The notes under the pieces are model-generated. The model was not told where the DNA came from. It saw nothing but the letters and a program-made list of their open reading frames with translations, and ran no database searches. 64,000 nt of DNA, from the NCBI GenBank assembly GCA_949372805.1, contig CASIBH010000001.1, forward strand, positions 18,771-82,770, given 5' to 3'. The stretch's first letter is position 1. Each line of letters starts with the position of its first letter. A program made the translations under genes and the position numbers. This stretch comes from an uncultured Flavobacteriales bacterium. Its GTDB lineage: Bacteria > Bacteroidota > Bacteroidia > Flavobacteriales > BACL11. Positions 31,692 to 41,621 of the stretch are shown here, piece by piece.

Positions 31692-32492
31692 TTACACCCA
31701 AATATCTAACTCTTCTAATTTTATATTTTCTTTGAAAAAAAAGTGAGCACTTTTTTCAAATGATTTTGTGTAGTTAGAAACTATAAAGTGGTAGGTAGGC
31801 TTCTCTAAATCACTAATTAATTTAGATTTTTTTAGATCTTCAAATATAGATTGTGATACAATTTCAGATGAATCAATTACATTTAGTTGGTTATTGTAAA
31901 ATTTAATTATTTCATCCTTTATTAAAGGATAATGGGTACATCCCAATATTAAAGTACTTATATTTTTTAAAGAGTTATGAGTTAAATATTTTTTTATAAT
32001 TGATCTACTAATTTCTTGATCAAAAAAACCTTCCTCGACCATTGGGGCAAGTAAAGGAGTAGGGTGTGATTTAACAGAAATTTCACTGCAGTATTGATTA
32101 ATTTTTTCTTTATAAATACCAGAATCAATAGTAGCTTTAGTTCCAATTACTCCGATTTCTTTTAATGTGCAATCTTTTATAATCATTTCTACCACTGGAT
32201 CAATGACATTATAAATTGGAATATCAGTAATATATTTAATGATATGATTATATGCAACTGCTGATGCACTATTACAAGCGATAACTATTGCTTTACAATT
32301 TTTTGATTTAAGAAATAAAGCAATTTTTAAACTATAATGCTTTATGGCTTTTTCTGACTTTTCCCCATAGGGCAAATGTTTTGTGTCACCAAAATATATA
32401 AAGCTTTGATTTGGAAGTAGTTTTTTTAAAGAGTATGCAATTGTTAAACCTCCAATACCTGAATCAAATATTCCAATTGGATTATCTTGCAT
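31692..32492 (-). CDS. murI: Glutamate racemase
   Basis: IGIFDSGIGGLT...YFGDTKHLPYGEKS...VIACNSASA...LGCTHYPL. Confidence 0.93.
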   Translation of the reverse strand: MQDNPIGIFDSGIGGLTIAYSLKKLLPNQSFIYFGDTKHLPYGEKSEKAIKHYSLKIALFLKSKNCKAIVIACNSASAVAYNHIIKYITDIPIYNVIDPVVEMIIKDCTLKEIGVIGTKATIDSGIYKEKINQYCSEISVKSHPTPLLAPMVEEGFFDQEISRSIIKKYLTHNSLKNISTLILGCTHYPLIKDEIIKFYNNQLNVIDSSEIVSQSIFEDLKKSKLISDLEKPTYHFIVSNYTKSFEKSAHFFFKENIKLEELDIWV

Positions 32493-32501
32493 AAATTAAA
32501 A

Positions 32502-32999
32502 TTATAGTTTAAGTTTTTTCTTAACTTTCTCTAATATATTTTCTGATTCTTTAGCAAACAAAATAGTACCAAGGCTTCTGTCAAAGATATAAGTATACCC
32601 TCCTTCTTTTGCAACTTCTTCTATGGCTTCCCTTGCTTTAGCTAAAATAGGCTCTAGTAATTCTTGTTCTTTTGCTTGTAGTGCTTGTTGAGCATTTTGT
32701 TGAAATGACTGAATTCTTTGTTCAAGACCTGTAATTTCTGATATTTTATCTTGTTTTACTAAATCATCATATGACGCTTCATTAGATTGAAAATCCTGAA
32801 CACTTTGTTGGTATTCATTTGTCATTGCTTGCAGTTGAGATTCTAAACTTTTAGCAAAAGTTTGAACTTCTGCTTCTGCAGTTTTTCTTTCTGGAAGAAG
32901 AAGTAGCAGTTCTTGCGAATCAATATATCCTAGTTTGTTTTGTGCAAAATTACTTAAGCTTAATAGACATGTTAGTGTTAGTAGGGCAATTCTTTTCAT
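32502..32999 (-). CDS. OmpH/Skp-family periplasmic chaperone
   Basis: Signal peptide, KLGYIDSQELL, then a long Q/E-rich coiled segment. Lies downstream of bamA. Confidence 0.85.
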   Translation of the reverse strand: MKRIALLTLTCLLSLSNFAQNKLGYIDSQELLLLLPERKTAEAEVQTFAKSLESQLQAMTNEYQQSVQDFQSNEASYDDLVKQDKISEITGLEQRIQSFQQNAQQALQAKEQELLEPILAKAREAIEEVAKEGGYTYIFDRSLGTILFAKESENILEKVKKKLKL

Positions 33000-33018
33000 A
33001 GTTTTTTTTAGATTAATT

Positions 33019-33528
33019 TTAGTATCCTAGTAATTCAAGTATTTTATCACTTTTATCAAGATTAGGATTTGAGTATAACATTATTAGATCACTTGAGCTG
33101 TCAAATATAACAGCATATTTATTGTTGCTAGCTAATTGTTGAATAGCATCATAAATTTTTTCTTGTATTGGCTGCACAAGCTCTTGGCGAGCTAGCGATA
33201 ATTCTCCTTCTGGTGAAAAATATTTTTTTTGAAGTTCTTTTGCTTGATTTTCTTTTTGCATAATAGCTTCTTCTCTTTTTATTTTCATATCTTCAGTTAA
33301 TAATAGCTGTTCCTTTTGATATGATCTATACATTTTGTCTACATCAGCATATTTCGCCTCAATTTCTACTTGCCATTCTTGTGACATGAAGTCTAATTTC
33401 TCTTGAGCTTGTTTGAATTCAGGGATTTTGTTAAGAATATAGTCTGTATCAACATAAGCAAATTTTTGAGCATAGCTAACATTGCTTATTAAGAGTGATG
33501 TAAATATTATGATTAATAATTTTTTCAT
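33019..33528 (-). CDS. OmpH/Skp-family periplasmic chaperone (second copy)
   Basis: Signal peptide, KFAYVDTDYILNKIPEFK, coiled segment. Tandem with the previous gene. Confidence 0.85.
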   Translation of the reverse strand: MKKLLIIIFTSLLISNVSYAQKFAYVDTDYILNKIPEFKQAQEKLDFMSQEWQVEIEAKYADVDKMYRSYQKEQLLLTEDMKIKREEAIMQKENQAKELQKKYFSPEGELSLARQELVQPIQEKIYDAIQQLASNNKYAVIFDSSSDLIMLYSNPNLDKSDKILELLGY

Positions 33529-33541
33529 TTTACAAATTTAG

Positions 33542-36085
33542 TTAAAAAGTTTGACCCATAGAAAAGTGAAATTGCCCTCCATTGGCATTTGGACTACCAA
33601 TAACATCATCTAGCCCCCAACCATAGTCTAAGCCCATCATTCCTACCATAGGGAGCATTATTCTTAAACCTACGCCTGCTGTTCTCTTGACAATAAAAGG
33701 ATTAAAATTATCAAAACTCTCCCATGCATCTCCAGCCTCCACAAAACCTAGCATATACATAGTTGATGATGGGTTTAGGCTTAATGCATATCTTAATTCT
33801 GCTGTATATTTACTAAATACTGTTGCTCCAGTTGTAGGTGATAAAGAATTATTAGAATATCCTCTTAATGCAATTAGTTCTCTTCCATCATTCATCATCC
33901 CTACTCCGCTTAGACCATCACCTCCCACATAAAACCTTTCAAATGGAGTAATACCCTTATTTTGATTGTATGTCCCTAGAAGCCCAAACTGTGTGCGTGT
34001 TGCAAGTACAAGTTTATCTGTAAATGCACTATACCACACACTCTTAAAATTAAATTTGTAGAATTCCATCCATTTATATTTTTCTTGCTCAGTAAGTGTT
34101 GAGTAATCATCTACATCATCAAAGAGAGAATATGGGGGTGTAGCGTTTAAAGAAAGTGTAAAGTGTGATCCTTGTCTTGGGTAAGTTGCTTGGTCAACAG
34201 AGTTTCTGTCTAACGTTAAGCTATAATTTATATTATTTGAGTATCCATCACTAAATGAAAAGAAAGTTTGTGAATTATTAAGGTCATATCTTGAAAATTC
34301 TAATCCATTATATAGTCTAAACCAATCATCTGGTTTTTTTAATCTATTACCTAAACTGACAGATAAACCTGTGATAGAAAGTTCTTGTTTCTCATCACCA
34401 TCTAATCCATTTGTTGATTCCGCACGATGTAATGAAACTGATAGAGATGTGGGTTTCTTACCTCCTAACCATGGTTCTACAAAAGATGCTCTATATGTTC
34501 TATAGTAAATACCATTTGATTGTGCTTGTAAAATTAGTCTCTGTCCATCACCGGAAGGAAGAGGTTTCCATTTATCTTTTTTAAAGAAATTTTTGGATGA
34601 AAAGTTGTTAAATGTTAATGCAAGTTGCCCAATAACTCTTCCAGCTCCCCAGCCTCCAGACATTGAAATTTGATCAGAAGATTTTTCCTCAACTACATAT
34701 GTAATATCAACTTCATTTCTTGTAGGTTGAGGGTCAATTTTAACATCAAATGTTTCGGGGTTAAAATATTGCATCATTGCTAATTCTCTCTGAGATCTCA
34801 TAATGTCAGAACGCTTGAAAAGATCTCCAGGCATAGTTCTGATTTCACGCATAATTACATGATCATTTGTTTTAGTATTTCCAATAACAGAAACTTTATT
34901 TACTCTAGCTTGCTCTCCTTCATAGATTCTAATTTCAAGATCAATTTGGTTGTTTTCTGTTGAAACTTCAATAGGATTTGCATTGAAAAATAAATATCCA
35001 TTATCTAGATATAAAGCGCTAATATCTGAACCATCTTGACTGCCAAATAATCGTGATTCAAGAGTAGTTTGATTAAATACGTCTCCCTTTTTTATACCCA
35101 TTTGATTAAATAATTCATCATTAGTATAAACAGTATTACCAATAAATGAAATATTTCCAAATAAGTACGGGTCTCCTTCGAATAAATTTATCTCAACAAC
35201 TAAGGAATTATCACTATTTAAAAATGTTGTGTCTTTAAGAATTCTAGCATCTCTATATCCCTTTTCATTATATTTTTTTATAATATTTATTTTATCTTCT
35301 TCATAGTTTGATTTAATAAATTTAGAAGCCTTGAAGAATCTCCATTTATTCTTTACTTTAGTTTCTTTCATGCTTTTGCGAAGCTTGGAGTTACTGATAG
35401 CATAAACAGTATCTTGCTTGTTAAATAAATTCTTATTTGTATTTAATTCTTGCTTTCTTCCAGAAACTATTATATCGTGTATTTTAACTTTATTATTTTT
35501 ATTAATATCAAAAATTAATAATGATGCATTCTTCGTTAGAGTATCTTTTATAATAATACTTTTAACTGAAGTGTTAAGGAAGCCTTTATCAATAAAAAAG
35601 TTTTTAATGCTTTTAGTACTATTGATAATTAGATTCTGAGTAAGAACTTTTCCCCTGATTAATTTTAAATCTTCCTTTAAGGTAGAAATGTCTGATTTAC
35701 TTATTTTTCCTTTAAATTTAAATTTAGATAGTCTAGGGTATTCTTCTAATTCTATTTCTAGATTTATTTTATTTTCTACAATTGACATGATCTTTATATC
35801 AATATTCTCGAATAAGCCTTGATTCCATAGTTTGTAAATAGCAGAGCTTATCTGATCGCTTGGAATTGTTATTTTTTCACCAGACTTTAGCCCTGACATA
35901 TTAATTAAAACAGATTCGCTAAGATGTTTTACGCCAGAAATAGCTATTTCACCAATAATATAATCTTGTGGCTGTGCATAGTCTATAATTGAATTATTAG
36001 TAATCGTATCTTGACTAAACACGTATGTACTAGAAAATAATAAGACGAATACTAATACGCTAAATCTTTGTATAATTTTATTCAT
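33542..36085 (-). CDS. bamA: Outer membrane protein assembly factor BamA
   Basis: About 847 aa with POTRA repeats (IGEIAISGVKHLSESVLINMSGLKSGEKI, NKVSVIGNTKTNDHVIMREI). C-terminal Omp85 barrel ends GGQFHFSMGQTF. ATG at 36085 (MNKIIQRFSVLVF) lies 4 nt past the uppS stop and is preferred over 36109. Confidence 0.92.
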   Translation of the reverse strand: MNKIIQRFSVLVFVLLFSSTYVFSQDTITNNSIIDYAQPQDYIIGEIAISGVKHLSESVLINMSGLKSGEKITIPSDQISSAIYKLWNQGLFENIDIKIMSIVENKINLEIELEEYPRLSKFKFKGKISKSDISTLKEDLKLIRGKVLTQNLIINSTKSIKNFFIDKGFLNTSVKSIIIKDTLTKNASLLIFDINKNNKVKIHDIIVSGRKQELNTNKNLFNKQDTVYAISNSKLRKSMKETKVKNKWRFFKASKFIKSNYEEDKINIIKKYNEKGYRDARILKDTTFLNSDNSLVVEINLFEGDPYLFGNISFIGNTVYTNDELFNQMGIKKGDVFNQTTLESRLFGSQDGSDISALYLDNGYLFFNANPIEVSTENNQIDLEIRIYEGEQARVNKVSVIGNTKTNDHVIMREIRTMPGDLFKRSDIMRSQRELAMMQYFNPETFDVKIDPQPTRNEVDITYVVEEKSSDQISMSGGWGAGRVIGQLALTFNNFSSKNFFKKDKWKPLPSGDGQRLILQAQSNGIYYRTYRASFVEPWLGGKKPTSLSVSLHRAESTNGLDGDEKQELSITGLSVSLGNRLKKPDDWFRLYNGLEFSRYDLNNSQTFFSFSDGYSNNINYSLTLDRNSVDQATYPRQGSHFTLSLNATPPYSLFDDVDDYSTLTEQEKYKWMEFYKFNFKSVWYSAFTDKLVLATRTQFGLLGTYNQNKGITPFERFYVGGDGLSGVGMMNDGRELIALRGYSNNSLSPTTGATVFSKYTAELRYALSLNPSSTMYMLGFVEAGDAWESFDNFNPFIVKRTAGVGLRIMLPMVGMMGLDYGWGLDDVIGSPNANGGQFHFSMGQTF

Positions 36086-36803
36086 GTAATGTTTTGGCTG
36101 TTCTTCCAAATCTCCTCTCTCTTTGTTGATAATTAATTATTGCATCTTTTAAATCTTCTCTCCTAAAATCTGGCCACATTTTATCTGTAAAATATAATTC
36201 AGAATAGGCTATTTGCCAAAGCATAAAATTACTAATTCTATGCTCTCCACTAGTTCTAATGAGAAGTTCAGGGTCTGGAACGTTATTTGTTGTAAGATAT
36301 TGCTTGAAAATATCTTCGGAAAAATCCTCAAATGATATTTTATTTTTTATAATTTGTTTAACAGCATTTATGATCTCCCATTTACCGCTGTAGCTGAGCG
36401 CTAAAATAAGCGTCATAGATAAATTTTCTTTTGTTTTTTCAATTGCTTCAGATAATTCTTTCTGACATTTTTTTGGAAGTTTGCTTGTTGAGCCAATGGT
36501 GGCAAGCTTAATATCGTTATCCATTAATGTCTTTGTCTCTTTATGAATTGTAGATATTAAGAGAGACATGAGAGCGCTAACTTCAGCATCAGGTCTATTC
36601 CAATTTTCTGTTGAGAAAGCAAAAAGTGTAAGATATTTTATTCCAATTTCAGCAGCACCTTCAACAGTATCTCTCACAGCCTTAACTCCATGATTATGTC
36701 CAAAAACTCTAAGTTTTCCTTGTTTTTTTGCCCACCGTCCATTTCCGTCCATTGTTATTGCAATATGAAGAGGTAAGTTATTTTTATCAATTATTTCAGT
36801 CAT
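36078..36803 (-). CDS. uppS: Undecaprenyl diphosphate synthase (isoprenyl transferase)
   Basis: HIAITMDGNGRWAKK...GH..G...LTLFAFSTENWNRP..EV..LM...IRTSGEHRISNFMLWQ.AYSELYF. Confidence 0.95.
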   Translation of the reverse strand: MTEIIDKNNLPLHIAITMDGNGRWAKKQGKLRVFGHNHGVKAVRDTVEGAAEIGIKYLTLFAFSTENWNRPDAEVSALMSLLISTIHKETKTLMDNDIKLATIGSTSKLPKKCQKELSEAIEKTKENLSMTLILALSYSGKWEIINAVKQIIKNKISFEDFSEDIFKQYLTTNNVPDPELLIRTSGEHRISNFMLWQIAYSELYFTDKMWPDFRREDLKDAIINYQQRERRFGRTAKTLHE

Positions 36804-36822
36804 TTTGTGATTTAAATCAACT

Positions 36823-37641
36823 TTAATAATCGCAGCCTTTTGAGAAACTAGGTAATTTAAAAGATAAAGTTATTGCACTAAAAGCATACCAATCATCTTT
36901 TAATTCTTCATCTCCTCTTTGCTCATCTTTAGAATGGGTGCCTGTTGGGTCAGACATATCAGATGATTCATTAGTAAACTCGGTAGGGTTTCCAGGATAT
37001 GTGAGGCTTACATCATCTAGATAATCAGTAAATGTTTTATTCATGCTAAAAGAAAATAATATATTGAAGCTTTCGTTTACAGAAAATTTTAACCCTCCGC
37101 CAAGTGGGATAGAAAATTGTGTTCTAGAGTATTTTTTACGATCTGGATAAGCAGTTGTACCCTGACCCTCAGTTCCAAGAGGTTGCAGTTCTATCCATTC
37201 ACCGTTAGTATTTTCTGCTAGTGGGTTAAAATTAAATATTGAAATCCCAGTGAAAAGGTATGGAGACCATTTGTATGCAGGGTTTCCAATTTCATATGGT
37301 AAAAAATTAAATTCAATTAATCCAGAAAGTTCTTGAATAGCAGATTTAAAATGTAATCCTCGATCTAAACTGATACTGTCTGATGAAGTGCGGTCATCTG
37401 CAGCAATGTTTGAAAGTTTAATTTCAGCTTTTAAAGAGAACCTTCTGTCAAGATTTCTTCTCACCATTATAGATGCGGCAGGTTTTGATGTGCTAAAATG
37501 ATTTGAATTTAAATCTCCAATGTAATAAGATAATCCTGCACTTGCTCCAATTTCAGTGCTTGCAATGAAGCTTTGAGCATTAATACTTAAAGATATTGTC
37601 ATTAACGCTAAAACACTTAAAGTTCTTATTTTATTTTTCAT
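36823..37641 (-). CDS. Outer-membrane beta-barrel protein, DUF6089-like
   Basis: Signal peptide. GLSYYIGDLN motif with alternating beta-strand pattern. Conserved position between nadK and uppS in Flavobacteriia. ATG at 37641 is preferred over the TTG at 37668. Confidence 0.65.
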   Translation of the reverse strand: MKNKIRTLSVLALMTISLSINAQSFIASTEIGASAGLSYYIGDLNSNHFSTSKPAASIMVRRNLDRRFSLKAEIKLSNIAADDRTSSDSISLDRGLHFKSAIQELSGLIEFNFLPYEIGNPAYKWSPYLFTGISIFNFNPLAENTNGEWIELQPLGTEGQGTTAYPDRKKYSRTQFSIPLGGGLKFSVNESFNILFSFSMNKTFTDYLDDVSLTYPGNPTEFTNESSDMSDPTGTHSKDEQRGDEELKDDWYAFSAITLSFKLPSFSKGCDY

Positions 37642-37704
37642 AAATAATATTACTCTATTATAATGCAAATATACTTTTTAATGAGGATTTTAAAAAGTAT
37701 AAAA

Positions 37705-38586
37705 TTAATTTCTTTTATCAAGTCCCCACATCAGTTTATGCCTGATAGTGGAGCTAAAAGTATTTCCTTCAGGCTCAATTAAATTAATAGTAAATTTTGC
37801 CTTTTTTATTGTTAACTCAACTGAGGAGTCAAATGCTCTTGAGCAAGAGTCAAGTGTAACTAATGCAAGTTTGTCTCTGTCTTCAACTTTTAATTTTATC
37901 ACACTATTACTATCTACTACAATAGGCCTTACATTTAAGTTGTGTTGAGCTATAGGGGTGATTACAAAATTATCAGTACCAGGCATAATTATTGGCCCTC
38001 CACAACTTAATGAATATCCTGTGGAGCCTGTTGGTGTAGCTACGATTAGACCATCAGCCCAGTATGTATTTAAAAACTCATCATTAATATAAGCATCAAT
38101 TTTTATCATAGAAGATGTATCTTTCTTAACTATTGCAACTTCGTTTAGTGCGAAATTTTTGTTTTGAAAAAGATTGTTTTCAGTATGAAGCTCTAAAAGA
38201 GTTCTCTTATTAATTGAGTAATTACCTTTTATTAAGTCATTTATGGCTTCATCAATTTGATCAGGAGGAATACTCGAAATAAACCCTAATCTTCCTGTAT
38301 TTATTCCCATGATAGGAATATTTGTTTTATTTACAAAAGATGTCGCTTTGAGTAATGTGCCATCACCACCAATACTAAACAAAATATCCGTTTTTTCCTC
38401 TAGAAGATTAGTTGAGCTATTAAAAGTTTCAATTGGAGAATGAAATCTAAGTCTTTCACTTAAGAATAAATAAAATGATTCCTCTATAATGATATCTATC
38501 TTTTCAGATTCTAATTTTTTCACCAAGTGTTGAATGTACTTGTTGAAGTTTTCTGAAAAGACAGTTCCGAAAATTGCTATTTTCAT
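37705..38586 (-). CDS. nadK: NAD(+) kinase
   Basis: MKIAIFG...ILFSIGGDGTLL...GINTGRLGFI...DGLIVATPTGSTGYSLSCGGPI. ATG at 38586 lies 4 nt after the upstream stop and is preferred over 38643. Confidence 0.92.
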   Translation of the reverse strand: MKIAIFGTVFSENFNKYIQHLVKKLESEKIDIIIEESFYLFLSERLRFHSPIETFNSSTNLLEEKTDILFSIGGDGTLLKATSFVNKTNIPIMGINTGRLGFISSIPPDQIDEAINDLIKGNYSINKRTLLELHTENNLFQNKNFALNEVAIVKKDTSSMIKIDAYINDEFLNTYWADGLIVATPTGSTGYSLSCGGPIIMPGTDNFVITPIAQHNLNVRPIVVDSNSVIKLKVEDRDKLALVTLDSCSRAFDSSVELTIKKAKFTINLIEPEGNTFSSTIRHKLMWGLDKRN

Positions 38587-38590
38587 AACT

Positions 38591-40030
38591 TTATTTGTTT
38601 GTTCCAAATGGATTTGAAAAATGTAAAAATACTCCTTTTTCACTTAAACTATTAATAGTAAATTCTAATCTTATCATTTTATTGTAATATGTCACATAAT
38701 CTAAACTTACTCCCCTTCCCCACATGATTGAATTAGTTAATAAATTTTCATTAAAGTTTTGAATATTTCTTGCATAACCCAAATCAGAAAAAACAGAAAG
38801 GTATACAGAATAATGAGATTTTCTAAATTGCTCCATTTTAAAATATGGTATCGTGAATTTCTTTGGTTTTATTAAGCAGGTTTTTATAGAGCTTTTTGAT
38901 AGCCAATAGTCCTTTCCGTCTACAACATAATATTCATATCCTCTCACATAATCATTAAATCCAAATGTTTCATTAGTAAAATAGCTCTGTAAGTTTTTAT
39001 AGGTTATTCTTGATCTAAAACTAGAGCCTATAAAAAATGTCTCTTTAATTTTATGGTGATATTCTAAATGACTATTTAATTCAAGATGGTTTATTGGGCT
39101 TGAAAGACCAACACTCTTAGAAGCTTCAATATTTATATAATTCCCTTCTAAAGGATAATTTTTATTATTTCTGTTTTCATATATAAAATTATAAGAAAAT
39201 CTTAAATAGCTTGCCTTGTTACTATTATTTGAAAGATAATTAGGGTTCAATATATTTATTGAATCATTAATATTTGTAAGAAAATATTTTGCTTTTAATT
39301 TATTTAGTATTTTGATATTATTTCTGAAAATAACATCAAAATGGACTATTAAATCCTTTGATGTAAAATTTTCTTTATCTTCAAAAAAAAGCAAACTATC
39401 ACCCTGTGTTTTATAAAATGTTTTTTTTCTTCTAAAGAATTCAATATCTGTATTAATACCTAAGTTTTGATTCTTTTTAAGAAATGGTACTTTATAATTT
39501 AGTTGATAATGCTCTTTAAAGCCTCTTCTATATTTTAATATGATTAGTTCATTGCGACCTCGAAAGTTCTCAATGTTTATAAATAAACCATAATTTATCC
39601 TTGTTAAATCTGAGTAATTACTCTGCTTAAAGTCATGCCACCAAACATTAAAATTCCTATCAGAAATTTCAAATATTGGATATGGCCATACATACCATCT
39701 TTCTGTTAATTTAACTTGTATAGAAACATTATTCTCAATCTCTTTATATTCAAATTCAATAAAATTAAATAAGTTAAGATTTGTTAAGTTTTCTTTTGCA
39801 TCATAAATTTTAACTTTCAATTTATTAATTGATATTTTCTCCCCAACTTTAAAATCTAATTCTCTTAAAATTATTTCTTTTTTTGTTTTTTTATTGCCTT
39901 TAATTTTAATATTTGAAATTATTATTTCCTCAATAGCTAATGAGTCATTTGCGTAAATATTAATTTTGTTATTACTAATTAAATAATTGCTTGATACTGC
40001 TAATAAAAAAATAATGAGAAAGTATTTCAT
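38591..40030 (-). CDS. Omp85-family outer membrane protein with a single N-terminal POTRA domain
   Basis: Signal peptide. POTRA-like ISNIKIKGNKKTKKEIILRELDFKVGEKISINKL. About 380 aa with alternating beta-strand pattern. Aromatic-rich C-terminal end. Confidence 0.65.
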   Translation of the reverse strand: MKYFLIIFLLAVSSNYLISNNKINIYANDSLAIEEIIISNIKIKGNKKTKKEIILRELDFKVGEKISINKLKVKIYDAKENLTNLNLFNFIEFEYKEIENNVSIQVKLTERWYVWPYPIFEISDRNFNVWWHDFKQSNYSDLTRINYGLFINIENFRGRNELIILKYRRGFKEHYQLNYKVPFLKKNQNLGINTDIEFFRRKKTFYKTQGDSLLFFEDKENFTSKDLIVHFDVIFRNNIKILNKLKAKYFLTNINDSINILNPNYLSNNSNKASYLRFSYNFIYENRNNKNYPLEGNYINIEASKSVGLSSPINHLELNSHLEYHHKIKETFFIGSSFRSRITYKNLQSYFTNETFGFNDYVRGYEYYVVDGKDYWLSKSSIKTCLIKPKKFTIPYFKMEQFRKSHYSVYLSVFSDLGYARNIQNFNENLLTNSIMWGRGVSLDYVTYYNKMIRLEFTINSLSEKGVFLHFSNPFGTNK

Positions 40031-40122
40031 AAAATTATTTTGGTTTAAAAACCTTTAATAATTGGTGTTGTAATTAATTAAAAATTAAATAAATTTCAAG
40101 TCGAAACAAACATACTATTTTT

Positions 40123-40130
40123 TAATTTTG
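40123..40130 (+). promoter_or_regulatory. Candidate -7 promoter element (TAATTTTG) for pdxJ
   Basis: Exact TAnnTTTG, 13 nt upstream of the ATG at 40144. Short or absent leaders are common in Bacteroidetes. Confidence 0.45.
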
Positions 40131-40143
40131 TTTAAAATATTTT

Positions 40144-40854
40144 ATGACTCATCTAAGTGTAAATATAAATAAGATTGCAACCTTAAGAAATTCAAGAGGA
40201 GGTCTCATGCCAGATGTAATACATGCTGCAAAAAAATGTCTGGATTTTGGTGCTGATGGAATAACAGTTCATCCAAGACCTGACCAGAGACATATTACAC
40301 GTTCTGATGCTTACAGATTAAAAGAAGTGGTAACAAAAGAATATAATATTGAAGGCTTCCCGTCAAAAGAGTTTATTAAGATGGTTACAGAAATCCTTCC
40401 TGATCAAGTAACATTAGTTCCTGACCCACCTAATGTTCTTACCTCAAATAATGGTTGGGACACAATTAAAAATTATGGTTTTTTGAAAGAGATTATTGCA
40501 GAACTTCAACTTCATAATATTAGAGTTTCAATTTTTGTTAATCCAGATTTGAAAATAGTAGAAGGGGCGAAAAACTGCAATTCTGATAGAATAGAGCTAT
40601 ACACAGAGGCTTATTGTAATAATTTTATAAAAGATAAATCACTAGCTATTCAGCCTTATTTAAAAGCGGCAGTTCTGGCTCAAAACTTAGAACTAGGAGT
40701 AAATGCTGGTCATGATTTGAATATGCAAAATTTGTCTTTTTTTGTAAAAGAAATTGAAAATATTGCTGAGGTTTCAATTGGGCATGCCCTAATCTCTGAT
40801 TCGCTTTATTTAGGTTTAGAAAATACTATTCAGATGTATAAACGTTTATTATGA
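40144..40854 (+). CDS. pdxJ: Pyridoxine 5'-phosphate synthase
   Basis: LSVNINKIATLRNSRGG..PDV...GADGITVHPRPDQRHI...ELYT...NAGHDLN...EVSIGHALI. Confidence 0.94.
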   Translation: MTHLSVNINKIATLRNSRGGLMPDVIHAAKKCLDFGADGITVHPRPDQRHITRSDAYRLKEVVTKEYNIEGFPSKEFIKMVTEILPDQVTLVPDPPNVLTSNNGWDTIKNYGFLKEIIAELQLHNIRVSIFVNPDLKIVEGAKNCNSDRIELYTEAYCNNFIKDKSLAIQPYLKAAVLAQNLELGVNAGHDLNMQNLSFFVKEIENIAEVSIGHALISDSLYLGLENTIQMYKRLL

Positions 40855-41621
40855 TGTTTTCAAGAGTTCTGGGAAGTGGAAAGCCAATAATTATTATTCA
40901 TGGTCTTTTTGGTATGAGTGATAATTGGAATACGATCGCTAAAAAGTTATCTCCTTTTTTTGAAGTTCACTTAATTGATTTAAGAAATCATGGGCGTTCA
41001 TTTCATAGCGATCATTTTAATTATGATCATCTTACAGAGGATCTGTCAAAGTATATAATTCATAATTCATTAGATGATCCCATTTTACTTGGTCATTCTC
41101 TAGGTGGTAAAATTGCGATGAATTATTGTTTCTTAAATAAAAATATAGTCAAACAATTAATTGTAGTTGATATTGCTCCGAAAATTTATTCTGTTAAATC
41201 TCACGCTGAATTATTAGAGAATTTATTGTCTTTAGAATTATTAAAATATAAATCAAGATCTGAACTTGATCAGGCTTTATCGCTTAAGATAGCCGATGAC
41301 TCCACAAGATTGTTTTTAATGAAAAATCTTTACAGGGATGAAGAAAAGAATTTTGCTTGGAGATTTAATATTAAAGTTTTAAAAGATGAAATATATGCAA
41401 TTCAAAATGCTGATTTTGTTGATGGCGTTATAGATACTCCATCCCTTTTCATAAGTGGTGAAAATTCAAATTATATTAATAATCAAGATTTTTCTTTAAT
41501 AAGAAAACATTTTTCTAAAGTTATCTTTAAAGAAATTGAAAGAGCAGGTCATTGGGTGCATGCTGAGAATCAAGAAATGTTTGTAAAATCAGTTACTGAT
41601 TTTTTACAAATCAATGATTAA
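40851..41621 (+). CDS. Alpha/beta-fold hydrolase (YbfF-like esterase)
   Basis: IIIIHGLFGMSDNW, nucleophile elbow GHSLGGK, AGHWVHAE. Overlaps pdxJ by 4 nt. Confidence 0.85.
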   Translation: MMFSRVLGSGKPIIIIHGLFGMSDNWNTIAKKLSPFFEVHLIDLRNHGRSFHSDHFNYDHLTEDLSKYIIHNSLDDPILLGHSLGGKIAMNYCFLNKNIVKQLIVVDIAPKIYSVKSHAELLENLLSLELLKYKSRSELDQALSLKIADDSTRLFLMKNLYRDEEKNFAWRFNIKVLKDEIYAIQNADFVDGVIDTPSLFISGENSNYINNQDFSLIRKHFSKVIFKEIERAGHWVHAENQEMFVKSVTDFLQIND

